64,000 bases of DNA from contig LSRY02000019.1 in the NCBI GenBank assembly GCA_001643675.2, forward strand, positions 806,001 to 870,000, in the 5' to 3' direction. Under the pieces are notes generated by a model. It was not told the DNA's origin and made no database searches. It saw only the letters and a list, made by a program, of their open reading frames with translations. This stretch comes from Monocercomonoides exilis PA203. Its lineage: Eukaryota > Protista > Preaxostyla. A program made the translations under genes and the position numbers. Within the stretch, counting starts at the first letter, position 1, and each line of letters opens with the position of its first letter. Below, in pieces: positions 36,191-50,678 of the stretch.

Positions 36191-39100
36191 ATCAAAAAAA
36201 ATTATATGAGAAAATAAATAATAAAAATGACAATTGTTTGAAAATAACGATGTTTAAGATTATTATCATGAAAAAGAAAATCTTTTTTAATGGTTCGCAA
36301 CTTCTCTATACGCATTTTTAAAATTCATAGAAAAATACTATAACCAAAAATATTGAAAGAAAAAATGTGATTTCGAAAACAATCACTCGTATTATAATTA
36401 ATACAATAATTAAATAATAAATTTATTGGGAATATATTTTTCCTTGACCGTTTTCATTTTCACCGTTCCAGCAGCTATACGCAAACCTATTGAAAATTAA
36501 AAAATAACCAGAAGTGTTTGTTTTATTAAATTTAATGATGAAGAGAAAACACTAGAATATTTCCTATTTGTGAAAATTGTCAAAGATAATGATGTTTTAA
36601 TGTTTTGGTTGTTGACATGCAATTTTTCGGTCTAATATTCAAAATCATATATTTGAAACTTCAATAACATTATAAAAAATCTCTTTATTTATAAAATATG
36701 TATTTTTTTCTTTTCCAACTTTATTTCGAACCGTTTTTTTTCACATTTCATATTTTTTTTTAAAAAAATTCAATTTCAGAGACAAATTTTCATTTTTGTT
36801 AGAAAAAAGAACATTATGAACCAATAAATATATACTTTTTATAATGCATTGATTATTGAATGTTAAAATGAATATTCATTGTGGATATTTGGTAATTTGA
36901 ATGACTTAAAAATTATTCATTCTAACTTTTTCATTCAGATTCAAGAAATATTCCTTTCATTTCAGCACTTCACACAAATCAAAAATAGAAATGACTTCAT
37001 GTTCAGTTTTCATTTTTTCGAAAATTTATAACAAATATTTATTTATTCTGATTATCATGTTTCAATCAAAAACAGAAAAATGAGTGATGTGTGGAAATTT
37101 TAAGTGGAAAAAAAAAATGAAACAAATTGAAACAACAAGAAAATATTGTTGAATGATATCATTAATAAAATGCTTTGAATGAAATATTCGCTGGAAAAGA
37201 AACAAGTCTTTGATCTGGATTCAAAAATTGAAATACTTTTTGCAATTTTTAGGATGAAAAACTTTGGACAATTTATGGATCAGAAAGTTGTCTGCAATTG
37301 CAGATTGGAAGATTATTTATTTATTATTTGAATCAAAAACTGATTTGAATCCACTTCATATATTTTCAAAATGAAACAAAAAAAGGTTGGAAATAAATTT
37401 TTTAACGAAAAGATTAAACATTCATCCTGATTATTCGAATTTTTATTTGTATTTTTGTTGATTAAAATTCTCCAAAAATATTCCAAAATGAAAAAACATT
37501 AATTCTAGATCGAAATTTTTAAATTAAAATCGGAAATTATTTGTTTTAACATATGTGAGTTAATTGGAATATAGAAATTTTTGAGAAAATCGAAAAGACA
37601 AAATAAACCATATATGAACGCAAATGATGAATATTCATTTCTTTTTTTATTTTGCATGCAGATATTTTGTTGGAAAAAAAATGAGTAATTATTTTTGAAA
37701 TCAGACTTTTTCCATGGATAATTGTCTCTCATGTTTTTGAATGAATACTGAAAAGTGGAAATTCAACAAACAGATTATTGAGTTCTATTTTTATCTCAAA
37801 CAGAGGCGTTTGTAACAAATGTAAAACATGGAACATAAGAATAAATTCTTTTGAGAGAATGACAAAAAACCAATAAGTTATTCACACTCCGAAAATAGTT
37901 ATGATTTCAAAAATAATCACCAAAATACTCATCGGGTTTGATGTGTTGAATTTGAAAAATAAAATACTCCTACAACATTCAGTTATCACTTTTTTTAATC
38001 ATTAATTATTTTCGGAATGAGTTTTTAATGAAAATTCTTTCATAAGTCTATTCAATCATTATCTCATCATTATTTATAAGCATAAGTGATTCCTTTCGAA
38101 AACAAATCTTTATTCGAAATGTTTATTCTTCAAATAAACCTTTGCGACAGACCAACATTTAAAAACACTTTCGATAAATCGACAGACAGAGCAGAAAAAC
38201 AGTTTTAATAATTTTTATGAATGAAAGAAAAAACAATATAATTATTATTTGTTTCTCATTATTTGTAAAATATTATTATTTTATCATCTTGATTCTTTTT
38301 CATGAGCAATAAACTATATACCGATAAAAATATTCCAAACATTTTAATGGGAAATCGACAGATCTTTGGCGAGATCAGTCAAAGACAAAGATCAGTCTGT
38401 CAAAAAGATATTTCTGTCGAACCTATCGATTAAAATGACCTCATTAATTTATAGAGATATTTTTTTTATCAAAAATTTACAAAAAGACTGTTTTATGCAG
38501 GATTTATAAAAAGAACATCATTTTTGTGCAGTGAATGGGAGTTGTGTTAAATTAAATTAGAGGTTTTTTGTTCCATCTTTTGAAAAATAATCATCATTCT
38601 GTTTCATTTTTCCCCCATCTGTTTTCGATGAACAAGAAGATGAAGAAAATCGAGAAAACAAAAATATTTATTTGATTTTTATAATGAGGTTATAACTATT
38701 CTCTTTCTCAACACAGGAAAATTATTTTTTGAGAAAACTGCTTTTGAAGGTTGATTCATTTAATACTTACTCTTAAAAGTGTCGAAAACTTAATTGTAAT
38801 TTATTTGGCTGTGGACAATTTCACCCTTTTCTCGTTGAACCTTCGAGTTATTAAAGACAGTTTATAATTCTTAGAAATTCAAAAGAAAAATTAGCTAATA
38901 TCAACAGGTTTTGTTAATTCACAAATTATTGAAAGTTCAATTAATTCATTGAAATGGATGCTGATTGTCCCGAATTGAAAAGCTGTCGTTATAATAATAA
39001 CTTTCAATTTAGGGAACCCGTTAAGCGATTTTCTCCAATGAAGATATTGGTTGTGGCTATGTTACCAACTGTTTGTTGTCTGATTTTATTGAGAAATTGG

Positions 39101-39400
39101 AAATTCATATATTAACTAATTATCACTTTAAAGAAAAAAAGATTTATAAAAGATCATTAAAACCACAGCTATTCACAAATGTTTTTTAAATAGCTTTTCA
39201 GACTTTTTGAATACGAAGTAATGTGATGAAGACTTATATTCTCATCGGATATAACGAAAAGATGGATTTTATGAGCTGAAATTCATGCTATCATGTTTGC
39301 TAAATAAACGTTCCTAACATAATCAATAAAACAGTTATTTCATTATATTTTTATTCAAAATAAATCAACATGATGTGAATTAAAAAAAGAAAAATAATTT

Positions 39401-39639
39401 GGGTGATTTTTTTTGAAAAGTCACAAATGTTAAATTTTCAAACAAAATTAAATTTTCATATTTTGCTCAAATTTCTGTTTCAGCTCACCGATCTCCTCAA
39501 GAATGTTTAAAATAGCATTATCAATGAATAGATTTGATTGAAGTGAAGTTTGATGTTAGTTAACTGAAATTTGAGCAAAAAATGAAAATTAACTTTATTT
39601 GAAAATAAAACATTTATGACTTTTCAAAAAGAATCACCC
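39401..39639. mobile_element. 239-bp palindromic MITE, copy 4 (GGGTG/CACCC ends), ATTT TSD
   Basis: Inverted arms, with ATTT at 39397-39400 and 39640-39643. Confidence 0.9.
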
Positions 39640-39822
39640 ATTTACATCTTTATACTGAACACCTTTTTTCTCTGTGTTGACTCATTTGTGTTTTGTTCGT
39701 GTTCAAAATGTCCCTTCTTGCAATGTATATGCAATGTGCACAGCTGGATTTGACTTTGATGATTTTAATGCTCTTCTGAAGGAAAACTGCATTTTTCACG
39801 ATTCTGAAATGTGATCTGCACA

Positions 39823-39972
<150 letters not shown>

Positions 39973-40054
39973 TCAATGACACCAACAGAAAATGAAGCTG
40001 ACATTTTCGTTTCATGCTTCTTTGTGGAATTCAGTTGCTTTCATGCCTTCCATA

Positions 40055-40700
40055 TTAAGAACTCCTTATGATGTTATCCTTGTCCTCAAATAAAGATGAT
40101 GATGTTGGTGAGCCTTTCCCTTTCTTATTCATTGATGAGCGATCAGATGTTGATGACACAATTGAGGAGTCTGAAGATGCGCACGAAATGTCTGAAGCTG
40201 AAGAGCATTCAGAGCGATATGCAGCAGCTTTGTCCATGTGCTCCGAGAATAATACAATGTGAGGATCCAGATTGGCCAATGACAGAAGTTGAACCTCTTC
40301 CTCCTCAAACGAGTGAAGCACAATATTAGCCACGCAGAACAGAACTTGAGCTCCAATCTTCTCCATTTCCTGAAGAGTGCCAATCTTCATCTCATTCTCA
40401 TTCCTTCCATGGAGCATCATGAACAGCGAAGTCCTCAATTAAACAATCTGCTTCTCATGAAAAGAAAAACATGCCATCGCATCCCAGATTCGACATGAAC
40501 GAAGTAGTTGGACACAGATCCTCTCCTCGGACAAACGTTGTATCTGAATCAGTAGACAAATTCGATGGGATTGATGGTGAAGGAGTTCTCATTCTCTGAA
40601 TATCTTCTTCTTTATCTGCCTATTTTTTTAATGCCAATTCTGAAATCTTGTTGGAATCACTTTTTTTGTTGCATATTCTAGATCTCTTTTAAATAAGAAG
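40055..40700 (-). pseudogene. Degenerate coding fragment of unknown family
   Basis: GC-richer patch with a 127-aa ORF (LQEMEKIGAQVLFCVANIVLHSF) and broken upstream frames. Confidence 0.35.
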
Positions 40701-42517
40701 ATGCTCAAATGATTTTGAAAGCAAAATCTACATATCATAAACTTTATTTTTTCAATCCTTTTTCTTCTTCTTCGCATCCCTATCAACTTTCCTTCATTAC
40801 CACCTGGGCAATGTCTGCTTCTCTTTCATCTCAAACACCTTCTGATCCATCTTAAATGTATCGTCCTATAATTGTTTATGTTTTTTCGTTTCTTCTTTGA
40901 TATTTCATCAAATGAAAGAGTTGTAATAATAGTGAAGAATTAATTGTAAAAACTTATTATAATTCACACAATTTTCAAGCACAAATATCTAATTTTTTCT
41001 AGAAATAATTTGCATTTATGCAATCATCATCTTGAAATTGCCTTTATTTCACAAAATCAATATAAGTCTATTCAAAAACAAAAAAAATGAAAAAACAGAA
41101 ACAATTAGAAATTGAACAAACTTTCACAAACCATTTTTATTTTGATTTTATTTAATTTATGCACAATCAGCCTCCACTCATGAAATTCGCAAATGATAAA
41201 AATTCTCAAACTTGTTAGATTGATTATTTATTTAAAAGCGCGAAATTGAAATTATTGTTTGAAAAGAAAAAATATTGTTGAGAACAAAATGATGTGAGCG
41301 AGAAAATAAAAAACAGACAATCGAAAAAAAATATATGTAATAATAATTAATAAAATGCATTGTTTACAACATTATATATTAAACAATTCATCAGTTAAAC
41401 AACAAATAATTTTGATCAAACCCATATTGAGGCAGAATTTATTTATTATTATAGCATATAAGATCTTTGCAAAAGAAAGCTTTTTTTCTTAAAAACTTCA
41501 AATTAAAAAAATATTTGTTTTTGTACAATCGAATTGGTCAACGTAGGCAAACATACACATGACAAAAAAAAAAAAGAAAAAAAGAAAGAAAAGAAAAGAA
41601 AAAAGAAAAGAAAAAAGAAAAAAGAAAAAAAAAAAGAAAAAAAAACGTTTCGACACAAGTTATTTCTTTCGACCTACAGGAACTATTTCTATTTCAGATG
41701 TCGCAAAGGTTTATCTTCAAAAATTTAATATCTTTCAAAATGTATTTTTAATTCAGATGAAAAATAGGAACAGTTTTATTTATCTCAACTTCATTTTTAT
41801 TCATTTTTTTATCGGAATAAATGAAAAAGAATATACATGTGATAATAATGAAAACTTCATAATTTTGAAAAATCAATTTTTCTTTTTGATCAATAAATTC
41901 CACAAACAAATTATTTTTTCGATTTTTGATCATCATTTTGGTTTCAAAAAGAATCACCCATTTGGAAAGTTTGCAAACTGGTTTGTTCCACTTTTATAAT
42001 CAGAAATTCACAAAAACAAATATAAAGGAAAAATTCATGAAACGTTTCAAATGACAAAAACTCGCTTTATGAAAATGTTTCAATAACCACAGCCAAATAC
42101 TTTGTGAAGTGCAATCCAAAGTTGAAAAGAAGCACTCTCAAAAAATTTGGATGATTATAACCTTTCGGTGTCGGGCCAAAGTATTCTGCAGCCCTAGTAT
42201 TCATTGCTCGACGATTCACATGAATATATGTGTGTTTATTTTTGAAATCATATTTTTTCTATCAAAATATTATGTTTGAGAATAATTTCTGAATACAGAT
42301 AATGAAACGCTGAAAAGTCAAAACGCGAAATTTTGAAAATCTCAATAAAAATTTTTCATCAACTGTTGGATTAAAAAACGATTCATAAACATTTGACATT
42401 TGATTGTTTATTTTTTGGCATATGATATAGAATTTTCAAAATAAACAACACCTCAAAAAAAGTTATGATTTCAAAAAGAATCACCCATATATATAATAAA
42501 AATAACAAATATTCAAT

Positions 42518-43357
42518 ATGGATGATTCATTAATGAGAGTTCCAGCCACTTTAAAACTGAGCGTGGTTCATCCGAAAAATGAAAATACAGTATTTCCTAA
42601 AGAACCACCAAAAATAGCAAACACAACTCTGGTTGCTGCTGTGGCTGCTGATGGATTTGCTCTTCCTTCTGTGATTCTATGGCCTAGCAAGAGCTTTCAT
42701 GATGAAATGAAGCCGCTCCTATCACAAACTCTTGATATCTGTCCGTACGGAAGTGGTTGGATGGGCTGCAATCAATTCAAAAAGTACATTCTTACAACAC
42801 TCCTTCAAGGAATTATCGATCGCAGAAAGCGCATGTCACTGGAAAACTCTCGCTGCTTGCTTCTCATCGACTCACACATTTCTCGCGCAGATCGGACAAT
42901 CTGGAGAGAATTTCAAAAAGAAAGTATCGACGTTGTCACCTTCATTCCTCATAGCACACATATCGCACAGCCTCTTGACTGAAAAGTCTTCGCTGTTCTC
43001 AAAACAGAACTTCAAACAAAATATGATCCTCCGTCTTCGTCGACATCTTCATATAAAAAAACAGCATTTGTGGATGCTCTCCCTCAAGCAATTCATCACG
43101 CTTTCTCATCTGCTGTAATTAAAAAATCCTTCGCAACAAGTGGAGTTTTTCATTTTGAATCTGGATTGATTCTCATGAAGCTGCCAGAAACATCTGAATA
43201 TCTTCCTTCAACTTATTCAAACAGATTAGACTTCAATGGCAAATTGATAACTGATGAGAAGCTTTTGAATGATTGGAGTGAACATTTAGGAATAAAAGAA
43301 GAAGAAAAAGTTGACGATGAAAAGAATCCTTCTGAAGAAATGAAAGAAGCAGAGTAA
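42518..43357 (+). pseudogene. pogo/Tc5-type DDE_1 endonuclease (transposase) pseudogene, 5'-truncated
   Basis: TLVAAVAADG..LPSVILW, GSGWM, LLLIDSHISR and IPHSTHIAQPLD*KVF match DDE_1 motifs. There is an in-frame TGA at 42980-42982. Confidence 0.88.
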
Positions 43358-43599
43358 AAAGAAGATAATGAGTTAGAGTCTTTGGTTGAAATGAAAAAAA
43401 TAAAGTGAAAATTCGAAGTGAAAGAAGATGATAATGAAAATGAAAAGGAAGAATTTTTTGAAATTAATAGAAAAATTAGGAAAATAAATATTGTTCGTGA
43501 ATTTGATTCATTATTTGTGTATATTTAATTATTTGGACAATTTATTTTTAATTTTTTCAAATAAATATACATAAATATACAAACATAAATAGTATATAA

Positions 43600-44546
43600 G
43601 GGTGATTCTTTTAATAAACATAACTATTTTCGGTATGTGGATTTTTTTATTGTTTGATTTCTTTTAATAAGAATTCTTCATTTTTAAGGGAAAATGTGAG
43701 ATAATTGTTCAAATTAAAATGAAAGAGATAATTTATATGAAAAAATGATCTTCTTTAGGAGCAATAACTTTTCTGATTTCATTTATCAATATTTGACATA
43801 AATTCACGAACTGAAATTTTTTATAAAAAAAGTGGCTAATTTTTTTGAAAAACTTTCATTTGCTTAATTTTTTAATGAAACAAATTTTTCATATTTCGAT
43901 CATATTTCTGTTCCCACTCACCAAATTTTAGTGTGATGAAAGAAAAAACTTGAAATTATTGTTATTTTTTTTATGGTGAAGTTTCGTGAGAGAGAACAGA
44001 AATTAGATGATTATATGAAATTTTTGTTTTATTCGATAATTAAACGAATGGAAGTTTTCAAAAATAATCACCCAAATAAATAATCGAAACTGTTCTTTCT
44101 AGTGGAAAGTACCAAACAACTTCTTGACACAATGGATTCGAAAAGATAATTGATGCCTCTTGCAAATGAGAACTTTTTCATTAACTTGTCTGCAACATTT
44201 CTTCCTTCGCAGAGTTAACGAATTTTCAAAAGAAAAGGCATTATAGCATAATATCGAAGTTCTATGAACTTTGCTCTTTCACAGTTATATATGGGAGATA
44301 ATTTTAAAATCATATCTTTTTTCGGTTTGTAGATTTTTCTAAGGTTGTTAGTCATTGGGAAGAGATTTTGAATTATAATTGTTAATTAATCACAACTTTA
44401 TAAAAAAATAATTGTTTTTGCAAGAAAAAGAGGCACTTGTGTTTCATAAGCCTTTTCACATTTTTGTTGTCATTTCCAAATACACAAGGGCAAATTTTGA
44501 ACCGAAACTTTTGAACGAAAAAATATGATTTCAAAAATCATCACCC
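43600..44546. mobile_element. Non-autonomous GGGTG/CACCC TIR element with a nested MITE
   Basis: GGGTGATTCTTTT at 43600 and TTCAAAAATCATCACCC ending at 44546. Flanks are ATAA/ATAT. Confidence 0.6.
43834..44073. mobile_element. 240-bp palindromic MITE, copy 5
   Basis: Inverted arms homologous to the other copies. Flanks are AAGT/AAAT. Confidence 0.82.
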
Positions 44547-44960
44547 ATATTCATCCTGGAACTCCAATAATGAGCGATGAATAACATGCTTATAGTAGCT
44601 TGAAGGATCATGGTTATATTCATCGAACAGTCAATAGTTCAAAGAATTTTGGGGATCCAATAACGCATGCATGTGCAAATGCAGCAAAAGGAATGTGGCA
44701 GAATCTGAGATCTTTTTTTTTCTAGACATGGCTTAAGGGAGAAATATATTTGAGACTATCTTTCTTTTTGGATGGTGAAAAAAACGGTGAAAGTTTCTTT
44801 TTTGGATATTGTGGGATACATCGTCTATGGAAGAGAAAATGAGAGAGAAATTATTGAAGAAGAAGAAGAAATCGAAAATGATGTTCCTGATATTGACGAT
44901 ATCGATGAAATTTCTGTTCCAGAAGATGATAATACTTCAAGCGATGAGATATCTGTAATG
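44547..44960 (+). pseudogene. IS1595/Merlin transposase C-terminal remnant
   Basis: IHPGTPIMSDE*HAYSSLKDHGYIHRTVNSSKNFGDPITHACANAAKGMWQNLR. Confidence 0.78.
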
Positions 44961-46559
44961 CTAGTGCATCAAATTGGAGCGAAGATTAATTGTTTTTTTT
45001 TCATTTCAATCTTAAACCAAAAACAAATTATTTTTTTGAATTTTGTATTTTTCAATCTTTTTTCAAATCATCAATTTCCTATTCGTAAAACATGAAAATA
45101 ATGAAATAACATATGTATGTTCAATTTGTTGATCTCATTTGAAATGAAAATTTTTCATTTTGATATTATGCCATAGGCCTGGTTGACGGATTGAAAAATA
45201 GACGGTTACGTCAGTCAGTGGAATATTTTCGCGTCAATAGGCTTTTTTTCTCTCTCTCTTGATTTAAGAGGTAATAAACACAAATTTTATTGAATAAATA
45301 TGTATGGCTTTTTTTTGAAATAATTAATAATGAATTTCTTTTTTCCACAAAAGAAAGAAAATATTGTGAACCATAATTCTTATAACGCTCAATATGAGAA
45401 AAATAATTTTGCAATTTCACGCTTGCAGTATATGAACGCTGATTGGTTTGCATATTATTGTATTTGCCTATTATCTATAAATGTTTTTCTTTTTGTGAAT
45501 CAGTGGAAATTTTCGAAAATAAACAAATAGTGGAATATCTTATTATCCTTGATGAATATCCAGTTTGCTTAACGAATTCATAAAGAAAGTCCACAGGAAG
45601 AAGAGACGTAAAAGTGAAAATGGAGAATCAGATGATGAAACACTTGAAAAAGGAAGAAATAATGAAATTGTATTGAAGAAAACAGGTTCCAATGGGATAA
45701 AATATAGACATTGGCTTATTAAAATGTTTAGAAGGTTTGATGTTGTTATTTATTTTGAAGTGATTATTATTTTGTTTTAAGAATGCTGAAAGAACGAAGG
45801 ATTAGATCGCTTTGAATAAGGAAAGCAAGGAAGAAAAATGAAATGAAGATTGATGAAATTCAAGATATTTCGAAGATCCCTGGCATTGGGCTTTGGCGAA
45901 GAATTATTTTTGAGGAAAGATGATTTTTTGTGAAAAATGAAGAAATGGAATGAAAAATGTATCGATCAATTTTTCATATTTTTAGATGGAAAGAGAGAAA
46001 GAGATTGAGCTGAAAGTGAAAAAGGTTCAGAGACTATTATTTGTCAGAAGAAAAAGAAACAGAAGAAGAAAATTTCAATGAATTTCTCCGTTGATGAAAA
46101 TTAAAACTTATGTTCTCAACTTTCAACCTTCAATCAACTCATTCATTCAACACCTTCAAAATCTTCATCAAATTATCAACAACATTTCACACGCTTCTTC
46201 TTCTTCTTTATTCACATCATCTGAATGTAATTCTTCACATTTGATATCTGCATCAGAGATAAAGACAAAAATGAAATGGAAACGAAGAAATATATTGATG
46301 AAGGAAAAAATTACAAATAAAAATTAAAATTTGAAGGCGAAAGAAGAGGAGAAAGAGAATGAAGAGCACTGTTTCCTGGGGGACTTTGAAAAAAAATGGA
46401 ATCGAGAAGATGGAAGAGGGTTTTTTGAATGAAAGGAAGAAGATGATAATGAATACGAAGATGAAGAAGAACATGAAGCTGGTTGAGAGCCAGCCACAAA
46501 CTGCGAAAGGTACTAAACAGAGCGAGAAAAAGAGAAATGATACCAGGGAAACTCAAACG

Positions 46560-47800
46560 AGATAGGAGGAGCTAAGTCCATGCCACATGATTCAGAAAAC
46601 CGCTTTGTATCTCTTTCAACTACCTTCTATCTTCGGCAGCTTGTTGTTTCAATATGGAACAATGAATGACTTTTATGCTTATTTGAGTGTGTGTCTGCTT
46701 CGTTGTAACATGTGCAATCTTCGCAATCCTTTCAAATGGCAAATGAATGTTCGACCTCTTCTTCTCCTTCTCATTCTCATTCTCTCTCTGCATCGTCCAT
46801 CACAGCTTCCACTTCTCCGCTTCAATTTCCATTATTCATTCTCTCTCTCAGCTGAATGTGCTCAAACGGATTAAAACCACAACAGAAGACAAGTGCGCAA
46901 AGGTTAAAAAGCAACAGGAAAGTGACAAACTGAAGAATTGTGTGGAGAAAATAACAAATACGAAGAAGAATACGAAGAGGAATATGAAGAAGAAGAATAA
47001 AAGGTTGAGGAGCTGGCTGTTTGCGTGAAACATTACGAAAGAGAAGGGGATGAGCACGAGGTGATCCAACAACCGACGAATAGGATGAAGATGTTACTGG
47101 AGATATGGAATTATAATTGGAGAGAGAAGGTGACAGATCTGAGATAGCAGAAGAAGAGAAAGAAGAAGAGAAAGAAGAAGATACGCAAAAGGGAGGAGAG
47201 GAAGAGGAAAGCGAATAAGAGCCATTGGAATTCCTGTTTTGAGCAATCTCGTCATTCGGGGTTGAAGTATTAAAGAAGAGAGAAAAGCCACAACTGGACA
47301 GATCAGGTGCTGCATTTGGAGAGTGAAGCGTGGTTGATACAAAAGGCAGATGAAACGCACCGCTTTGGAATTCGACTGATGAACTGAGAAGAAACGAAAT
47401 GGAAGAGGAAAAAGATGAAGAAGAAGACAATGATAATGATGGCGATGACGATTTATCACTTGAGTCATTCTGCTGTTTCATTTATTCTTTTTCTTCAACA
47501 CCTTCTTCTTCATCGCTTGTTGTGCTTTCATCCATTCCAATGGGAATGATGTCTGACGTGATGAGTGCTGCCCTCAAAAGCGACAGGTCGTCTTTGCCGA
47601 GAGAGAAGCAGTCGTCGATGGTGAACAGCACATCCTCTTTCAGCTGATCTCATGAAACGAGATGGATGACTGGCTGTGGGATGAGGGGAAACATAGCAAC
47701 GATCGGTGGAGTGGGTGTGTGAAAGGACAATAGCTCTGTTGGGGAAGAAGAAAGTTAAAAAGAAGAAGATGGTGAAGAAGGAAAAGATGCTGTAATAGAA
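46560..47800 (-). pseudogene. Decayed Ser-rich host-like gene fragment, possibly including a protein kinase N-lobe
   Basis: Ser-rich ORF 46822-47481 plus QISIKVIHCSILKQQAAEDRR*LKEIQ..LNH at ~46585-46760, which resembles kinase subdomains II-III. Confidence 0.35.
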
Positions 47801-48263
47801 TAGGAAATATCTGTGAAGCGTTAAAATAAAATTGAAAAATCAACAAACAATAACTGAATTTAGAAAGTGAAAAGATATTCACAAAGATGTGTGGAAGACA
47901 GAATGCATGACAAAGAAGATATGTTGAAAGCTATTAAAGCACTTCGAACATTATCATAGAAAAGAAGTGGGATTTTATTGAAAAGAGCGAGAGACGCAAC
48001 ACATATTCTCCTTCTCGTTTTCTTCCATCACGAATATTGCTTTCAGTTTTCTCATTCAGATGTTCTTCTTTTTATTTGCTCATTGATATTAACGCTTCAC
48101 AAGTACTATTTTTAAATGTGCAGTATATTCATGAAAATATTGATTGATATTTTTGTGAAAATCAAAAAAGAAAACAGATGATTTATTGTGTTTTCTAAAA
48201 TTAATTGATTGTATTGTGAAATGAAAAAACTTTTGTCAAAAGACAAAATAGTTAAAAAATCAT

Positions 48264-48700
48264 TCAGTGCTTCAAAGATAGAGAATGCCTTCTGTCACCA
48301 GAGATCCTTTTTGTTCTTGAAAAGACGCATTCGCAGCTTGCTTCGCTGCATTGAGATAAAACAAATGAAAAAAAGATGTTTGAGAGAATTGTTAGAATAA
48401 GTTCTTTCTTCGTGATCTCTGCGTAGAACTTTTGTATGTCGTCTTCAAATATGAAGCTTGGTGCTTCATTCAAAAATTCCAGAAACAGTTTGAAGCATAA
48501 ATCCCTGATCTCTTTCGATTGATTTGATAAAACCGTTGTAACATCTCTTTCAAAACTTTGTCTTATTCGTGTATCCCAGCAAGATGATATTGAACACACC
48601 ACTTGATCACAAACTTCTTTCTCTTTTCTGGTTCCAGACTGGAAATCAAATTGATCTTCTGTTTTGAAAACAGCACCTCCACATCATCTACGCCACATTC
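48264..48700 (-). pseudogene. hAT transposase C-terminal dimerisation-domain remnant
   Basis: VLSQCSEASCECVFSRTKRISGDRRHSL matches the hAT SEASCERxFS...R.SL motif. Confidence 0.7.
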
Positions 48701-49610
48701 TATTTCATCTGTTCAACTATCCATTGAATCTTCAATTAAGTCATGAGAATTATCTAAGAAAAATGTGATGTGAGAATATGTCAAACATGTCGAAGAAAAA
48801 CTTTCAGAAGAAGAAGAGCAGGAGGAAGTTGTTGAAGGAAGCGAAAAAGACTCATGAATGCTTTCATCTTTTTTCTTTTCACTTTATTTTGTTAATCCGG
48901 TCATTTGAAGATACACTTTAAAGTGTGTTTTAGCTATTCAAAGTGAATAAATCAATCAAAAAACGATTCATTTAATATGTTTATCCATAAAGGCATTCTG
49001 AAATTCACTCAAATGATTTTAACATTCAATTATGTTGGGTGTTGACACAAAAATTTGACAAAGTCAAAAAAAGATCGACCAGTCTGTGACTTAGGCAATT
49101 TCCAAAAAATTGATCCGGTCAAAACCCATTAACGTGTTCTTTATTTCATAAAAAAAGTGTCGATTATTTTATGTTCAATTAAAATTTTTCATATTTCTTT
49201 AATTTAATTAAGTGTATGAACGATAAACTGTTAAACTTTTGAATAATTTTGATGAGATATAAATGCTTTTTGACTTCAAGCATTTTTAAAGTCAGTCAAA
49301 AGTAGATTTCCTTAAGACAAAAGTCTTAAGTCACCCAGGCTTATTATGCCATCTCACAAAATTTTCAATCTTTAATTTTTAATTTTCTTCATTAATAAAA
49401 TATAATAATTTAATGAAATTTGTATTTATTGATTTGCTGATTTATGAAAACATTTATTTGAAAGTGAACGATGAGTTTTTCAAAAGAAAAGAAAAGAATG
49501 TAATTTTAATATCATGAAATTAGCATGAAATTTGGAATGAGTACATAATTTATTTTTTATTGTCATTTCAAATATCTCAAATTGCGAGAAGCCAGGAAAA
49601 AAGGTTTAGC

Positions 49611-50678
49611 ATGAATAATGAAAAGAGGTATTTCATTTCATCTTCATCAAAATTCCCCATCGTCAAAAAATTGCATGCATCAAAACTAAAGGGAAAAACG
49701 TCGGATAATGAAAAAACCTCAATATTTTCGAGTTCAACACCTGATTCTTCAAAAAATTGGATGAAGACGAAATCGAAACATTTGATTGACATAACAAACA
49801 CCATTGATCAAAAGTGCAAAGAGAACCTGTATGAAAGAGGGAGCGAGAAACCAAATATCTTCAATTCGGTAATTGTTCATTCGAAACAAAAAAATCCTCT
49901 TGAAAAAGTGCACTACACAAAGGAAAAATGTAATGACTTGTTGCGAGACATGACTAATGCAACCCACGAGGATGATTTATCAGAATTTCATGATGTAAGT
50001 GACGATTTTCACATGACCAATGCAGAAAAGGTGAAAACTGACAAAGGTCCAAATGAACATTCCTGGATGCTCCGTGTTAATGAAGCTCTCGAAGAAGAGA
50101 GGTATATGAGGAAGGCGCCAAAAGTTTTTCGAAAAAAGATTTTTCCTGAAGCTATTGTTTCAAGCAAAAGTGGGCTTGAAAAACTTGTGAATTCAATAAC
50201 TTCTGCAAATCTAACTTGCACAGAAGGAGGAGAGGTATCATAGACTTATATATAAGTTTATTTTACATTATTTTACATTTTTTGTTCCTTATTTATAAAT
50301 CATCTTAATTCTTTTTTAGTTAAAATATACCATTGATCTTCTCAACAAATATTGCTTGTGGGGCCAATCTGTTGCACCTTCTTTTTCCTTTGCAACATTT
50401 CTGAGCAAACTTGAAACTTTGCACGCATCCGAATTAATTAGGGTTTGCCATCAAGCAGTTTCATGCTTCAATGTTTCATAATATATTTCTAAAAATTATT
50501 TTCTTTTGCTTTTTTGAATAAAAAACGAGCACAGGCTTCACTGTTTAATCTTTCGAGTCGGCTCCTTGCGATATCAAGGAGTCACACTTCTTTAAGTCAT
50601 TTTCCGATTGATGAAGAACCGATTGAGAAAAAGCAGGAAATTGACGTTGGTGAGGCTTTTGCGGAGAAAGTTAGTTAA
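49611..50678 (+). CDS. TIPIN: Swi3/Csm3/TIPIN-like replication fork protection protein (exons 49611-50234, 50320-50442, 50535-50678; ~296 aa)
   Basis: GT-AG introns keep the frame. The spliced sequence SKSGLEKL...GGELKYTIDLLNKYCLWGQSVAPSFSFATFLSKLETL resembles the Swi3 domain pattern (G.E..DL..L...Y..W.....P...F..F..K.E.L). Confidence 0.6.
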
